Positions 42,460 to 53,018 of a stretch of DNA of 64,000 nt are shown here, one piece after another. Made by a program: the position numbers and the translations under genes. Origin of the DNA: an uncultured Chloroflexia bacterium (lineage in GTDB: Bacteria > Chloroflexota > Limnocylindria > QHBO01); contig CAWFCQ010000008.1 of the NCBI GenBank assembly GCA_963814375.1, positions 64,001 to 128,000 on the forward strand, given 5' to 3'. How positions within the stretch are numbered: the first letter of the stretch is position 1; every line of letters starts with the position of its first letter. The notes under the pieces are model-generated. The model saw nothing but the letters and a program-made list of their open reading frames with translations, searched no databases and was not told the origin of the DNA.

Positions 42460-43686
42460 CTACCCCAGCTGGTCGCGGCGGCGGGTCAGGTAGGCGGTCT
42501 CGGCGGTGTTGCCCGCCAGTGCGATGGCTTTGTCATAGGCCGCGCGCGACTCCTGACTGCGGCTCAGCCGGCGCAGCAGGTCGGCGCGGGTGGCGTGGTA
42601 GGCGTGATAGCGAGCCAGCCTATCCTCGAGGGGGCCTATGGCCGATAGTGCCACCTCTGGGCCGTCAAGCTCGGCTACCGCCACGGCCCGGTTGAGGGCG
42701 ACGATCGGGGAGGGGTCGAGGCGGACGAGCTGGTCGTAGAGAGCGACGACCTCGGCCCAGTCGGTGTCGCGCGCGTCGCGGGCTGAGGTGTGGACGGCGT
42801 TGATCGCCGCGAGGACTTGGTAGCGACCCGGAGCCACCCCGGCGGCAAGGCGCTCGCGCACCAGCCGATGACCCTCGGCGACCATGGCCGCGTCCCAGGC
42901 GCCACGGTCCTGCTCGTCCAGGGTGACGAGCTCGCCGCTCGCCGAGACCCGGGCGGCGCGGCGGGCCTCGGTGAGGAGCATCAGCGCCAGCAGCCCGGCC
43001 ACCTCACCGTCCTCGGGCAACAGGGCACGGATGAGGCGAGTGAGCCGGATGGCCTCGGCGGTCAGGTCGTGACGTACGGGATCGGCGTCGGGGCCTGACG
43101 CCAGGTAGCCCTCGTTGAAGACGAGGAAGAGGACGGCGAGCACGCCCGAGACGCGCGCCGGGAGATCCTCCGCGGACGGCACCCGATAGGGGATGCGAGC
43201 CGCCTTGATCTTGGCCTTCGCGCGGGTGATCCGCTGCCCCATGGCGGCCTCCTGCACCAGGAAGGCACGGGCGATCTCGGGGACGGTCAGACCGCCGACC
43301 ATGCGGAGCGTCAGAGCCACGCGCGCCTCAATCGCGAGCGCCGGGTGACAACAGGTGAAGATCAGCCGGAGCCGGTCGTCGTCGATGGCACCGAGAGGCT
43401 CGGGCGAGGCGTCGTCGTGCAACGTCCGAGCCTCCCTCTGCTTGTCGCCGCGCTTGTTCTCGCGCCGGATCCGATCGATAGCCTTGTGATTGGCCGTGGT
43501 GGTCAGCCAGGCGCCGGGGTTGGGAGGTACACCATCGGAGGGCCATCGCTTGACGGCCGTCGCAAATGCCTCGGCCGCCGCCTCCTCGGCGATGTCGAGG
43601 TCACCGAAACGCCTGGTCAGGGCGGCGACCACCCGCGCCCAATCGTCGTGGTGGGCCTGGGTGATCGCCTCCCGGACCTCGATCAC
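42460..43686 (-). CDS. ECF sigma factor with TPR extension (ECF42 type)
   Basis: AEEAAAEAF, DDRLRLIFTCCHPAL, QRITRAK, FNEGY, QDRGAWD, LNRAVA. Confidence 0.92.
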   Translation of the reverse strand: MIEVREAITQAHHDDWARVVAALTRRFGDLDIAEEAAAEAFATAVKRWPSDGVPPNPGAWLTTTANHKAIDRIRRENKRGDKQREARTLHDDASPEPLGAIDDDRLRLIFTCCHPALAIEARVALTLRMVGGLTVPEIARAFLVQEAAMGQRITRAKAKIKAARIPYRVPSAEDLPARVSGVLAVLFLVFNEGYLASGPDADPVRHDLTAEAIRLTRLIRALLPEDGEVAGLLALMLLTEARRAARVSASGELVTLDEQDRGAWDAAMVAEGHRLVRERLAAGVAPGRYQVLAAINAVHTSARDARDTDWAEVVALYDQLVRLDPSPIVALNRAVAVAELDGPEVALSAIGPLEDRLARYHAYHATRADLLRRLSRSQESRAAYDKAIALAGNTAETAYLTRRRDQLG

Positions 43687-43703
43687 GCTTGCGTGTTTCT
43701 CAC

Positions 43704-44045
43704 TCAGGTCGGCGGGTCGGGGAGCAGCTCGCGGACCTCCTGCGTGCACCGACAGGCGGCGGCCATCTTGGCGGCCCAGTGCATGGCCTCCTCGCGCGAG
43801 GCCACGTCGACGACGGTGAACCCGCCGAGGAACTCCTTGCTCTCCGGGTACGGGCCGTCGCTGACCGTCCCGTCGGCAGCGACGACGCTCACCTCCTCGT
43901 GGCCGTTCAGCCCGCCGCCGAAGACCCACGCGCCCGCTTCCGTGGCCTCCCTCTCCACGGCCTGGGCTGCCCTGGCTACCTCGGGCAGGTCCTCCTCGGG
44001 CGCCGTCCAAGCGGTCGCGTCGAAGCTGATCAGGTATTTCGCCAT
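43704..44045 (-). CDS. YCII/DGPF-family protein
   Basis: SDGPYPESKEFLGGF; directly upstream of the ECF gene. Confidence 0.9.
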   Translation of the reverse strand: MAKYLISFDATAWTAPEEDLPEVARAAQAVEREATEAGAWVFGGGLNGHEEVSVVAADGTVSDGPYPESKEFLGGFTVVDVASREEAMHWAAKMAAACRCTQEVRELLPDPPT

Positions 44046-44088
44046 CTCGATCGTCTCCTCATGATTGGGTGCCGCCTCTCACCATTGC

Positions 44089-44115
44089 TACGAACGACAC
44101 TCGCCCGATCCGACA
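44089..44115 (-). promoter_or_regulatory. Putative ECF42 autoregulated promoter
   Basis: Minus strand TGTCGG-atcgggcgagtgtcgtt-CGTA resembles the TGTCGA/CGTC-type ECF42 motif. Confidence 0.55.
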
Positions 44116-44147
44116 CCGGCGTCCGCCATCTGGCCAACGGCGAGTCG

Positions 44148-44375
44148 ACATTCAAGCCTGAAGCTCAGAAGGGACCGGCCAGCGGTCTGCTGGTGGTGTT
44201 CGTGGTCAGCGACGTCGACGCCGACCACCGGCGCCTCATGGAGCGCGGCGTCGAGATCACCACCCCGCTGCAGACCGAGCCGTGGGGCGAGCGATTTCTC
44301 CAGGTGACCGACCCAAATGGGATCGTGATCCAGCTCGTGCAATGGGTGACGAGCCCAGCCGACCAGCCCGCCTGA
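44148..44375 (+). pseudogene. 5'-truncated VOC/glyoxalase family gene
   Basis: LLVVFVVSDVDA...TEPWGERFLQVTDPNG present; N-terminal half and start codon absent. Confidence 0.7.
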
Positions 44376-44444
44376 CCTTACCGCTCGCCATTCACCGGCT
44401 CTCCTCGGGCACAACGATGTCTATGGCGCGATGACCCCAGCGGA

Positions 44445-44873
44445 TCAGTCGGGTGAGAGCCGGAACGCCGCTCCGCGACCATACCGCGCATCGCCGACAT
44501 ACCGCTTCCGAATGCGTCGGATCGCGCCTTCGCGCTCGGTACCGCTCAACTGGCGTGCCACGTAGCGACGGGCCTTCCCCCGCACGGCGAACTCGCACCG
44601 CGGATGACTGCCGAGGTTTGCGGCCCACGCGCTCTTCGGCCCCTGGGCTGCGACGAGGATGGTGCCGTCGCCATCGCGTACGAAGCCGACCGTCACGTTG
44701 TGCGCGCGCCCGCTACGTATACCGGTCGTGGTGAGGTCGCCAACGTAACCGACGCGCCGCTCGAGGGCGACCACGACGCGCTCAAGTCGTTGGAAGGTGC
44801 CCATCGGCGCATCTCTCTCAACGGCTCGGCTGGGTTGTCCTTGCGGTGTGGGCATCGGTTGTGGGCTGATCAA
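44445..44873 (-). CDS. Deazaflavin (F420)-dependent nitroreductase family protein
   Basis: LTTTGIRSGRAH, SAWAANLGSHP. Confidence 0.7.
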   Translation of the reverse strand: MISPQPMPTPQGQPSRAVERDAPMGTFQRLERVVVALERRVGYVGDLTTTGIRSGRAHNVTVGFVRDGDGTILVAAQGPKSAWAANLGSHPRCEFAVRGKARRYVARQLSGTEREGAIRRIRKRYVGDARYGRGAAFRLSPD

Positions 44874-45610
44874 CCGGCAGCGCCGACGGCGTGCTTCGGC
44901 TCGCGCAGCGAAGGGCTTGCTTGTGCGTCCTCACCTTGCACAACCGGCAGGAACCAGCTCGGGAGCTGGGCGACGAGGCGCGGATCCCCGAAGAGGCGCA
45001 CCGCGCCATCGGCGACCGCATCGGTCCAGGAGCGGACGCCGCGGGCAATGGGATGCAGGGCGGCCGCATCGGCCTCGACGTACACGTAACGATCCTCACC
45101 GATCATCGGATCCTCTTGACAGAGCTCCGGTTCGACGCCGGCCGCCAGCAGGAGCCATTGGCGCCCGGATTCGTCGAGCGGAAGCGCGAATTCGATCGCG
45201 ACCTGCCGCTCGGGAAGGGCCCTGGCCTCGGTTCGATGGCGCAGCCACCACAGGAGCAGTGTTGGATCGCGCTGCGCAGCCGCGGGATCCTCCGGGATCC
45301 AGTGCTCCGCCCAACCCCAGAGCGACTTGAGAGTCGGCATGAGCTGCTCTCCGGCAGGCGTTAGACAATACGGTGCCGACCGTCGGGTGACAGACGGATC
45401 GCGAGCGACGATGCCGATCTCTTCGAGCTTGTGGAGCTTATCGGTGAGCACCGACCGCGAGATGTGGCCGGGCAAGCCGGTGGCCAGCGTGTTGAATCCC
45501 TGCCGCCCGAACAGCGCAAGCTCGCGGACGATCAGCAGGCTCCATCGGTCGCCGAGGTGCTCCACCGCCTTGGTGAAGGCGCAGTACTCGGTCTTCTCAC
45601 TCGAGCCCAT
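44870..45610 (-). CDS. HxlR family regulator with C-terminal extension
   Basis: CAFTKAVEHLGDRWSLLIVREL, ISRSVLTDKL, YCLTPAG. Confidence 0.9.
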   Translation of the reverse strand: MGSSEKTEYCAFTKAVEHLGDRWSLLIVRELALFGRQGFNTLATGLPGHISRSVLTDKLHKLEEIGIVARDPSVTRRSAPYCLTPAGEQLMPTLKSLWGWAEHWIPEDPAAAQRDPTLLLWWLRHRTEARALPERQVAIEFALPLDESGRQWLLLAAGVEPELCQEDPMIGEDRYVYVEADAAALHPIARGVRSWTDAVADGAVRLFGDPRLVAQLPSWFLPVVQGEDAQASPSLREPKHAVGAAG

Positions 45611-45643
45611 GCGCCCATTGTCCCATCGGCGCCAACGCCGACC

Positions 45644-45660
45644 AGTTCGGAGTCCGAACT
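45644..45660. promoter_or_regulatory. Palindromic operator between hxlR-like and flavoprotein genes
   Basis: AGTTCGGA-G-TCCGAACT perfect inverted repeat. Confidence 0.7.
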
Positions 45661-45729
45661 AGGCGCTCCACGGCACTGCCCGCATCGTGGGACCAGGGTA
45701 CGTGACAAGCTCCTGCGGAGGCTAGACCG

Positions 45730-46881
45730 ATGAAGACTCCATCTCCTGAGTATCACGAGGCCGTCGTCGTTGGCGGCGGGCAGGCGGGCCTGGCGGCCGG
45801 ATACCACCTGGCGCAACGCGGTATCGACTTCGTCGTCCTCGAGGCAAGTGCCCGCGTCGGCAACGTCTGGCGCGAGCGCTACGAGACGTTGCTCCTGTAC
45901 TCGCCGGCAAAGTACAACGCGCTGCCGGGGCTGCCGTTTCCGCTGGCAGCCGACGCCTTCCCGACAGGTCGCCAGATGGCCGACTACCTCGAGTCCTACG
46001 CCGACCACCACCGCTTGCCGATCGAGACCGGCGTCCGAGCCGATCGCCTGCGAGCGTCGAGTGAGGCGGACAGCGCGGGAGGCTACGCGATCTGGGCCGG
46101 CGATCGCCGCTACGGGGCGAGCCAGGTAATCGTCGCTACCGGCGCGTTCCAGCGGCCGTACGTCCCCGAGATTGCCAGCCGCCTCGATCCCGGGATCCGG
46201 CAGCTGCACTCGGCCGACTATCGTGGGCCGCACCAGCTCGACGACGGGCCGGTACTGGTCGTGGGCCTCAGTCACTCCGGTGCCGATATCGCGCACGAGC
46301 TGGCGAAAGCCGGTCATCCCACGATCGTGTCGGGCAAGTCGCATGGTCAGCTGCCGTTTTCCGTCGATAGCCGGCGCGCGCGGCTCGCCTGGCCGGTGAT
46401 GCGGTTCGTGGCGTGGAATGTCCTGACGTTGAACACGCCGATCGGGCGAAAAATGGCGCCGAAGGTTCGCGCCGGCGGTGGGCCGCTGCTCCGCGTTCGC
46501 CGGGGCGATCTCGAGGCGGCCGGTGTCACGCTGCACGACGCGCGGACGATCGACGTCGACGGGCGACGCCAGCCGGTGCTGTCCGACGGGACCGCGCTGG
46601 ATGTGGCGAATGTCGTGTGGTGCACCGGGTTCCGACCCGACTATGGCTGGATCGAGCTGCCGGTGACCGGCGAGGACGGCTGGCCACGGCAGCACCGCGG
46701 CGTGGTCGACGACAGCCCGGGCCTCTACTTTCTGGGCATCCCGTTCCTCTATGCCTTCACCTCGATGCTCGTCCTCGGCGCCGGCCGCGATGCCGCCTAT
46801 GTGGCCGATCGACTGGCGGCTCGCGCCGCCGGGCGAGCGCAAAGGATCGGTGGGCCGGAGACGAGTTCGAGAGCCGCATGA
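45730..46881 (+). CDS. Flavin-containing monooxygenase-like oxidoreductase
   Basis: GGGQAG, WRERYETL, QLHSADY, WCTGFRPD. Confidence 0.9.
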   Translation: MKTPSPEYHEAVVVGGGQAGLAAGYHLAQRGIDFVVLEASARVGNVWRERYETLLLYSPAKYNALPGLPFPLAADAFPTGRQMADYLESYADHHRLPIETGVRADRLRASSEADSAGGYAIWAGDRRYGASQVIVATGAFQRPYVPEIASRLDPGIRQLHSADYRGPHQLDDGPVLVVGLSHSGADIAHELAKAGHPTIVSGKSHGQLPFSVDSRRARLAWPVMRFVAWNVLTLNTPIGRKMAPKVRAGGGPLLRVRRGDLEAAGVTLHDARTIDVDGRRQPVLSDGTALDVANVVWCTGFRPDYGWIELPVTGEDGWPRQHRGVVDDSPGLYFLGIPFLYAFTSMLVLGAGRDAAYVADRLAARAAGRAQRIGGPETSSRAA

Positions 46882-46899
46882 CGCAGGGCGGGGCGGCGC

Positions 46900-49800
46900 T
46901 CAGTCGAACACCCGGCCGCTCAGAGACGGCCCGTCCTCCGGCGTCAAGGTCGCCGTCAGGCTTTCGAGCAGCGCGCGTGCGCGGGCCGCGCCCGGGATGA
47001 CCTCCTTCGCCTCGTAACGTCGAAGCGCGTCGCCGGCCGCCGTGGCCGCCTCCTGGTAGCGCCCGCTTACCCGGAGGACCTCGGCCAGGTCCATCAGCGC
47101 CTCCGTCTGGGTGTCGACGCGATCAGTCCGCAGCGCAAGCTCGACGGCGTCTCGTGCGAGCTGCTCCGCCGCGGTCGCCTCGCCCCGGTGGGCGAGCAGC
47201 AGCGCCCGCGCACCCCGCCAGGACACCTGGGCGGCCACCCAGCTCTTCGCGCTCGCCTGTTCGGCGGCCGTTGCGAGCTCATCGGCCTCGTCGAATCGGT
47301 CCAGTGCGTAGAGACAATGCGACAGCCATCCGGCGGTGAGGGCGAGGTAGCTCTTGTCGCCCATCGACGATAGCCCGTCGTATGCCTGCCGCAGCTCTCG
47401 CTCGGCCGCCTGCCAATCGCCGCGGACCATCTCGACGAAGTAGCCGAGGCCCTCGCCCCGACTCATCGCAGCACCGGGAAGGTCGCCGAGAACCTGCCGA
47501 TCCGCGACGCCCTTGAGGATCATCTCGCGAGCCGCGTCGCGCTCACCGAGCATGCCGCGCAGCTGGCCGAGGAAGCACAGGGCATAGGCCTCCGCACCGC
47601 GGTGACCGCGCACCCGCTCCAGGACCTCCGAGCCCTCCACGAGTGCCCGCGACGCGGGCGTCGGTCCGAACGAGAGCGCGACGATGATGCCGACAAGGTC
47701 GTCGTGCGGGTAGTGCGGGTCCTTGGCCCGCAGGTCGAACTCGTACGCGCGCTCGGCGGGCTCGCGCATGCCCTCGAGCTGGCAGAGCCCGTACCGCGCC
47801 CAGCTCACGAGACGCCATGCGCGAGCCGCACTGAAGTCGTCGCCATTCGCCTCGCATCGCGCCGCCAACGCCAGCCCTTCGGCCTCGAGCTCGGCATAGT
47901 CCACGTCCGGGTCGACCTGGAATCGGAGGCGCAGCTCCGAGAGATGCGATCGGACTCGCGTGCGCTCGTCACCCGCCCGTTCGGCCAGCTCGATCGCCTC
48001 GGCCAGGGCCTCGTGTGCCTCGTCGAATCGCCCTGCCCACAGCAGTGCGTCGCCGAGGTCACCGAGCAGCTGCGGGCGTCGGCCGTCGTCCGGCGACATC
48101 AGGGCCAGCGCGCGAGATCGGAGCTTGATCCCCGCCGAGGTGTCGCCACGCGACGAGGCGGTCCACCCTGCCCCGGCCAGGCGGTCGGCCGCGCGTCGCG
48201 CCAGGTCGGCACCCCTGTCGTCGATCGGACCCAGCTCGGCGAGATACCGATAGCCCCGTTCGAGATGCCAACCCGCGATCTCCGCGTACTCGGCCAGCCG
48301 ATCGCCGGCAGTCGCCTCGAGCCAATCGGCGAAGCGCGCGTGCAGGTCCGCCCGGGACTCCTTGGTGACCCCGTCGTAGGCGGCGTCCCGGATGAGCAGG
48401 TGGCGGAACTCGAACGCCTCCTCGTCGCGGAACTCGGATCGAGTGGGACGGATGAGTTCCTTCCGCACGAGCTCGAGCAGCATCGACGGGATCCGGGGTG
48501 CAAGCTCCGGAGGCGACAGCTCGGCAACGGCGCCGACGTAGAACGTCTGCCCCATCACGGCGGCGCGGCCGAGCAGGGAGCGCTCGTCGCTGCCCAGGAG
48601 CTCCAGTCGTGCCGCGAGCAGCGCATGGATTCCCGGCGGGATGGTGATGTTGTCGAGATCGCCCACCGCGACCCAGCGACCGTCCACGCGCTCGAGCCGC
48701 CCGTCGTCGATGAGCATCGAGATCATCTGCTCGATGAAGAGCGGGTTGCCCTCGGCCCTGGCCGCGACGTGATCCCTGACCTCCGCGGAGCCCTGCGGCT
48801 CGCCGAGCAGCTCGGCGATCAGCCGATCGCAGGCCGCGTCGTCCAGTGGCTCCAGCCTCACGATCGTGCTCGGGGCCGCGCCGGCGGTGTGGCCCCACTC
48901 CGGACGTCGATCGAGCAGCTCCGGCCGGCTGGTGCACAGCAGGACGATCGGCACCGATTCGGTATGACGGGCAAGGTTCTCGACGAGCTCGAGAAGCGTG
49001 TCCTCGGCCCAATGTGCATCGTCGAGAGCCACGATCAGTGGGCGCTCGGCCGCGATGGTCGCGAAGAGCTTTCGGACCGCCCAGGCGCCCTCGGCCACCA
49101 CGGCGGTCGTCTCTCTGAGGCCGGTGAGGTGGGCAATGGTCTCGGCAATCGACCGGGCATCGCCATCGGGCTCGAGCAATGCCTGGATTCGAGCCACGCT
49201 CGCGTCCGGTCCGTCGCTCTCGTGAATGCCCGCAGCCTGCCTGACCATCTGGGCGAGCGGCCAGAACGTGATCCCCTCGCCGTACGGAAGACAGCGTCCG
49301 CTGAGCACGGTCGCGTCTCCGTCAACGGAGGCGACGAAGTCCTGGACGAGGCGCGACTTGCCGATGCCCGGTGCTCCGACCACGGTGACGAGCCGGCAGC
49401 TCCGCTCGGCGATTGCCCGCTCCATGGCCCATTCAAGCTGAGCGACGGAGTCGCGGCGGCCAACGAGGGATGCGTCCGGTCGGTACGCACCGGCGGGGTG
49501 CTCACCGATGCCGATGAGACGATAGGCCGCGACTTTGCCCTGCTTTCCCCTGAGGGCCAGCGGCGCCAACGGCTCGGCTTCGGCCGAGTCGCGAACGAGC
49601 TTGAAGGTCGACTCGGCCATCAGGATCTCGCCGGGCTCAGCGTGCTGCTGGAGACGAGCCGCCGCGTTCGCCGCATCACCTGCAACGAAGTTGCGGTCGG
49701 GGACGATGCCTCGCCCGGCCACCGTGCCGGTGTTGATGCCCGTCCGCGTCGCGAGCGCAATCGCCGTAACGCGGCATGAACAGGTCGCCGTTCATCCGCG

Positions 49801-50152
49801 TCAGGGTCTCGCGCATTTCGACGGCGGCGCGGACCGCGCGCAGCGCATCGTCTTCGTGCAGCTCGGTCAGCCCGAAGACCGCCATCACCGCGTCCCCGAT
49901 GAACTTCGCGAGCTTCCCGCCGTGGCGCTCGACGACGGGACGGATCCCCTCGACGTAGTCGGTCAGGACCTGGTCGAGGGTCTCGGGATCGAGCCGCTCG
50001 CCGAGCCCGGTCGAGTCGACAACGTCCGAGAAGAGGATCGTCACCACTCGGCGGAACCGCTCCGAGGGCTCCTGCGCGAGCTGCTCGCCGCAGGCGAGAC
50101 AGAACCGGGCGTGCTCCGGGTTCTCCTCGCCGCAGTTTCCGCACCTGGGCAT
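46900..50152 (-). CDS. Zinc-ribbon/class III nucleotide cyclase/AAA ATPase/TPR protein (frameshift near 49770)
   Basis: CGNC..CLAC, ILFSDVVDST, KFIGDA, GDAANAAARL, GAPGIGKS, LDDAHWA, GNPLF. Confidence 0.9.
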
Positions 50153-50220
50153 CGATGGAGTGTACGGCCGCCGTGCCGTCGTCGGGGTCACCCGGCGCTT
50201 GGGGTATGTTTCAGCGGCTC

Positions 50221-50685
50221 ATGGCCGAATCCTCGCCGTTGCAGCCGCATGCTTCAGTTGGACTGGTGGACCGCGTGGCCGCGCTCCACCGCGTCGACCT
50301 TTTCGCCGCGGTCCCCGGCCGGGTGCTCGCCGCGGTAGCCGAGGTCGCAACGGAGGTGCGGACGGAGGTCGGCGGCGTGCTCATCGACGAGGGGGCCGTC
50401 GAGGCGAGCCTGTATGCCATCGTCGAGGGCCGCGTCCGTGTCCATCGCGGCGACGAGACGCTCGTGGAGCTTGGTCCCGGAGTCACCGTGGGTGAGTTGG
50501 CCGCCCTCGTGCCCGAGCCGCGCAGCGCGTCGGTGACCGCGCTGGAGCCGACACTCGCGTTGCGCATCGACAAGGCGGTGCTGGATGAGCTTCTCGCCGA
50601 GTGGCCCGAGCTCGGCCACGGTGTGATCGCGGCGCTCGTTTCACGCCTTCGCGCAATCGCCCTCCGAGCCGACAGAGAGCGGTGA
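50221..50685 (+). CDS. Stand-alone cyclic-nucleotide-binding domain protein
   Basis: LYAIVEGRVRV, GELAALVPEPRSASV. Confidence 0.9.
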   Translation: MAESSPLQPHASVGLVDRVAALHRVDLFAAVPGRVLAAVAEVATEVRTEVGGVLIDEGAVEASLYAIVEGRVRVHRGDETLVELGPGVTVGELAALVPEPRSASVTALEPTLALRIDKAVLDELLAEWPELGHGVIAALVSRLRAIALRADRER

Positions 50686-52997
50686 GCAGCGCGCCGCCCC
50701 GCGGCGTCATCGGCCTCCTGACCGCGGAGGCGCTGGCCTTCGGGGTGACGCTGGCGCTGCTCATCATTCCGGCCAACGCGCTGTTCCTTGACACGTACGG
50801 GTCCGAGTGGCTCCCGGCCACGTACATCGCGATTGCGGTCTTCGGCACGGCCATCTCGGCGCTCATCGCTCGCGCCGCGCGGCGCACCCGCCTCGTTCGC
50901 GTCGCGACCGCCAGCCTGGGAGGCTTCGCCGCGCTCTTTGCTGCCTCGTGGGTCGTGCTCCTTGCGGGTGGCATCTGGGTATCGGCGGTGCTGCTCGTCC
51001 TCTTCCCGATCGCGCTCCAGGTGGGCTTCGTGCTCATCGGTGGCCAGGCTGGACGCCTCCTCGACGTCCGCCAGATGAAGGAGCATTTCCCCCGGATCGT
51101 CTCCGGCTTCGCCGTGGGGTTCTTCCTGGGCGGCCTCCTGGGAATCCCGCTCCTGGCCCTGCTCGGGTCGACCGAGCACATGCTGGTCGCCACCACCGTC
51201 GCCCAGCTCGCATTCCTGGCGTTGCTGATCGTGACCGAGCGGCGCTTTCCCGAAGCCGGCAAGGCGCCCGCAGGCGACGCGCCGGTCGTGGCGCGTCCGC
51301 CGCTCCGCACCCTCTTCACTTCTGGCCTCGTTCTCCTGCTGCTCGTCTACCAGGTCCTCTCGGCGATGGGGTCGCAGGTTGTCGATTTCCTCCTTTTCGA
51401 CCGGGCGGCGGCGCACTACAGCGGCGACGACCTGACGCGCTTCCTCGCCGGATACACGGCGGCCCTCAATCTCGTCGACATCGTCTTCCTCGCCGTCGTG
51501 GCCGGTCCGCTCATGCGACGCTTCGGCCTGCGCTTCGGCCTCGTATTCAACCCAGCCCTCGTAGCCGCGATCCTCGCCGTCATGGCGGTGGTCGTGATGG
51601 GCACGGGCGCCGCCGCGTTCAGCGTGCTCGTCCTGGCGGGAGTGCTTCGCATAGCCGACATCGCCGCGACCGATGGCACGACCAGGACGTCGATCAATGC
51701 CGCCTACCAGGTCGTCCCCATCGGCGAACGCCTGGCGGTGCAGGCCGTCGTGGAGGGCATCGGCGTACCGGTGGCGATGGGCGCCACCGGCGTCATGCTG
51801 CTGGCCCTCAATCTCCTGGGTCTCGGGACCGAGGCGGTGATCGTGTTCGGCCTGGTCCTGGGGCTGGTCTGGGCCGGGATAGCCGTCGCCGTCTATCGCT
51901 CATACACCGGCTCGCTGGCCGATGAGATGCGCCGGCGCGTGCTGGGCACGACGGATCTCGTGACCGACGCGGACGGCCTCGCTATCCGAGCGCTCCTCGG
52001 CTCCGAGGACCCACGGGACGTGCGTCTTGGCCTCGACCTGCTGAGCCCGGTCGTCGCCGACACCGCGACCCTCGAGCTGCGCCAGCTGTCGGCCCACGCC
52101 GATCTCGAGGTCCGGGTGCGAGCCCTCGGCCAGCTCGCCGCCGCCGGCGATGGGTCCGCCTCGTTGGAGATCGCGGCGCTGCTCCCGGCACTGCTCGACG
52201 ACCCCGACGTCAGGGTCCGAAACGCGGCGCTCGATGCCGTCGACGCTGACGACGCCCGCGATTCGGCCATCGTGGGGCGCGTCATCGCGGCGATCGGAAT
52301 GCCGCGCACGATGGGAAGCGCCACCGCCGCGCTGCGACGCCTCGGGGAACCCGCGGTCCCCGCGCTCGTGGAGGCGCTCGCCGCCGGAGGGCGAGATCGT
52401 CGGTCCTCCCTCGTGCGTGCCGCAGCCTCGGAAGCAGCGACGCACGGAGCGGCGCTCATCGAGCCCTTGGTCCGTGACCCGGATCGCTCGGTGGTGCTGG
52501 CCGCGCTGGAGGCGCTCGAGGCATCCGGAGGTCGTAACGTCCTGGCTGGCGGCACCCTCGACGGCGTGCTGCGCGACGCCGCGGCGCTCGCGACGCGCGC
52601 CGAGCAGGCACGGGCAACCCTCGGCACCCACGACGATTCGTTACGGCGTGCCCTCGACGACGAGGTCGAGCTCGCTCGCCGGCTTGCGATTGCGGCGCTC
52701 GCGGTTCGGCACGGCCAAGCTGTCAGGGCCGCGGTCCGGGTCGTGGATCACGCAGACCGGCAGCGGAGCGCGCTCGGCATCGAGTCGCTCGATGTCATCC
52801 TCTCCCGCGAGGAGGGAGCCATCGCGCTCCCGCTGATTCGCCGCGAGGCTTCGAAGAGCATCGCCGATGCGGTGCCCATGGGGCGGGAGGAATGGATCGC
52901 GGACCTCGCGAGCGATCCAGTCGGGTTCTGGCGATCGTCGTGGCTCGCCGCTTGTGCCCGCCATGTGATGGGGAGAGCGCCTCGCCCTCCGGCTTGA
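50682..52997 (+). CDS. MFS/Npt1-like membrane protein with HEAT repeats
   Basis: About 12 TMs (ANALFL..YG..WLP, LDVRQMKEHFP) followed by LLDDPDVRVRNAA repeats. Confidence 0.8.
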   Translation: MSSAPPRGVIGLLTAEALAFGVTLALLIIPANALFLDTYGSEWLPATYIAIAVFGTAISALIARAARRTRLVRVATASLGGFAALFAASWVVLLAGGIWVSAVLLVLFPIALQVGFVLIGGQAGRLLDVRQMKEHFPRIVSGFAVGFFLGGLLGIPLLALLGSTEHMLVATTVAQLAFLALLIVTERRFPEAGKAPAGDAPVVARPPLRTLFTSGLVLLLLVYQVLSAMGSQVVDFLLFDRAAAHYSGDDLTRFLAGYTAALNLVDIVFLAVVAGPLMRRFGLRFGLVFNPALVAAILAVMAVVVMGTGAAAFSVLVLAGVLRIADIAATDGTTRTSINAAYQVVPIGERLAVQAVVEGIGVPVAMGATGVMLLALNLLGLGTEAVIVFGLVLGLVWAGIAVAVYRSYTGSLADEMRRRVLGTTDLVTDADGLAIRALLGSEDPRDVRLGLDLLSPVVADTATLELRQLSAHADLEVRVRALGQLAAAGDGSASLEIAALLPALLDDPDVRVRNAALDAVDADDARDSAIVGRVIAAIGMPRTMGSATAALRRLGEPAVPALVEALAAGGRDRRSSLVRAAASEAATHGAALIEPLVRDPDRSVVLAALEALEASGGRNVLAGGTLDGVLRDAAALATRAEQARATLGTHDDSLRRALDDEVELARRLAIAALAVRHGQAVRAAVRVVDHADRQRSALGIESLDVILSREEGAIALPLIRREASKSIADAVPMGREEWIADLASDPVGFWRSSWLAACARHVMGRAPRPPA

Positions 52998-53018
52998 GCT
53001 CGACATCCCACGGTGTGG

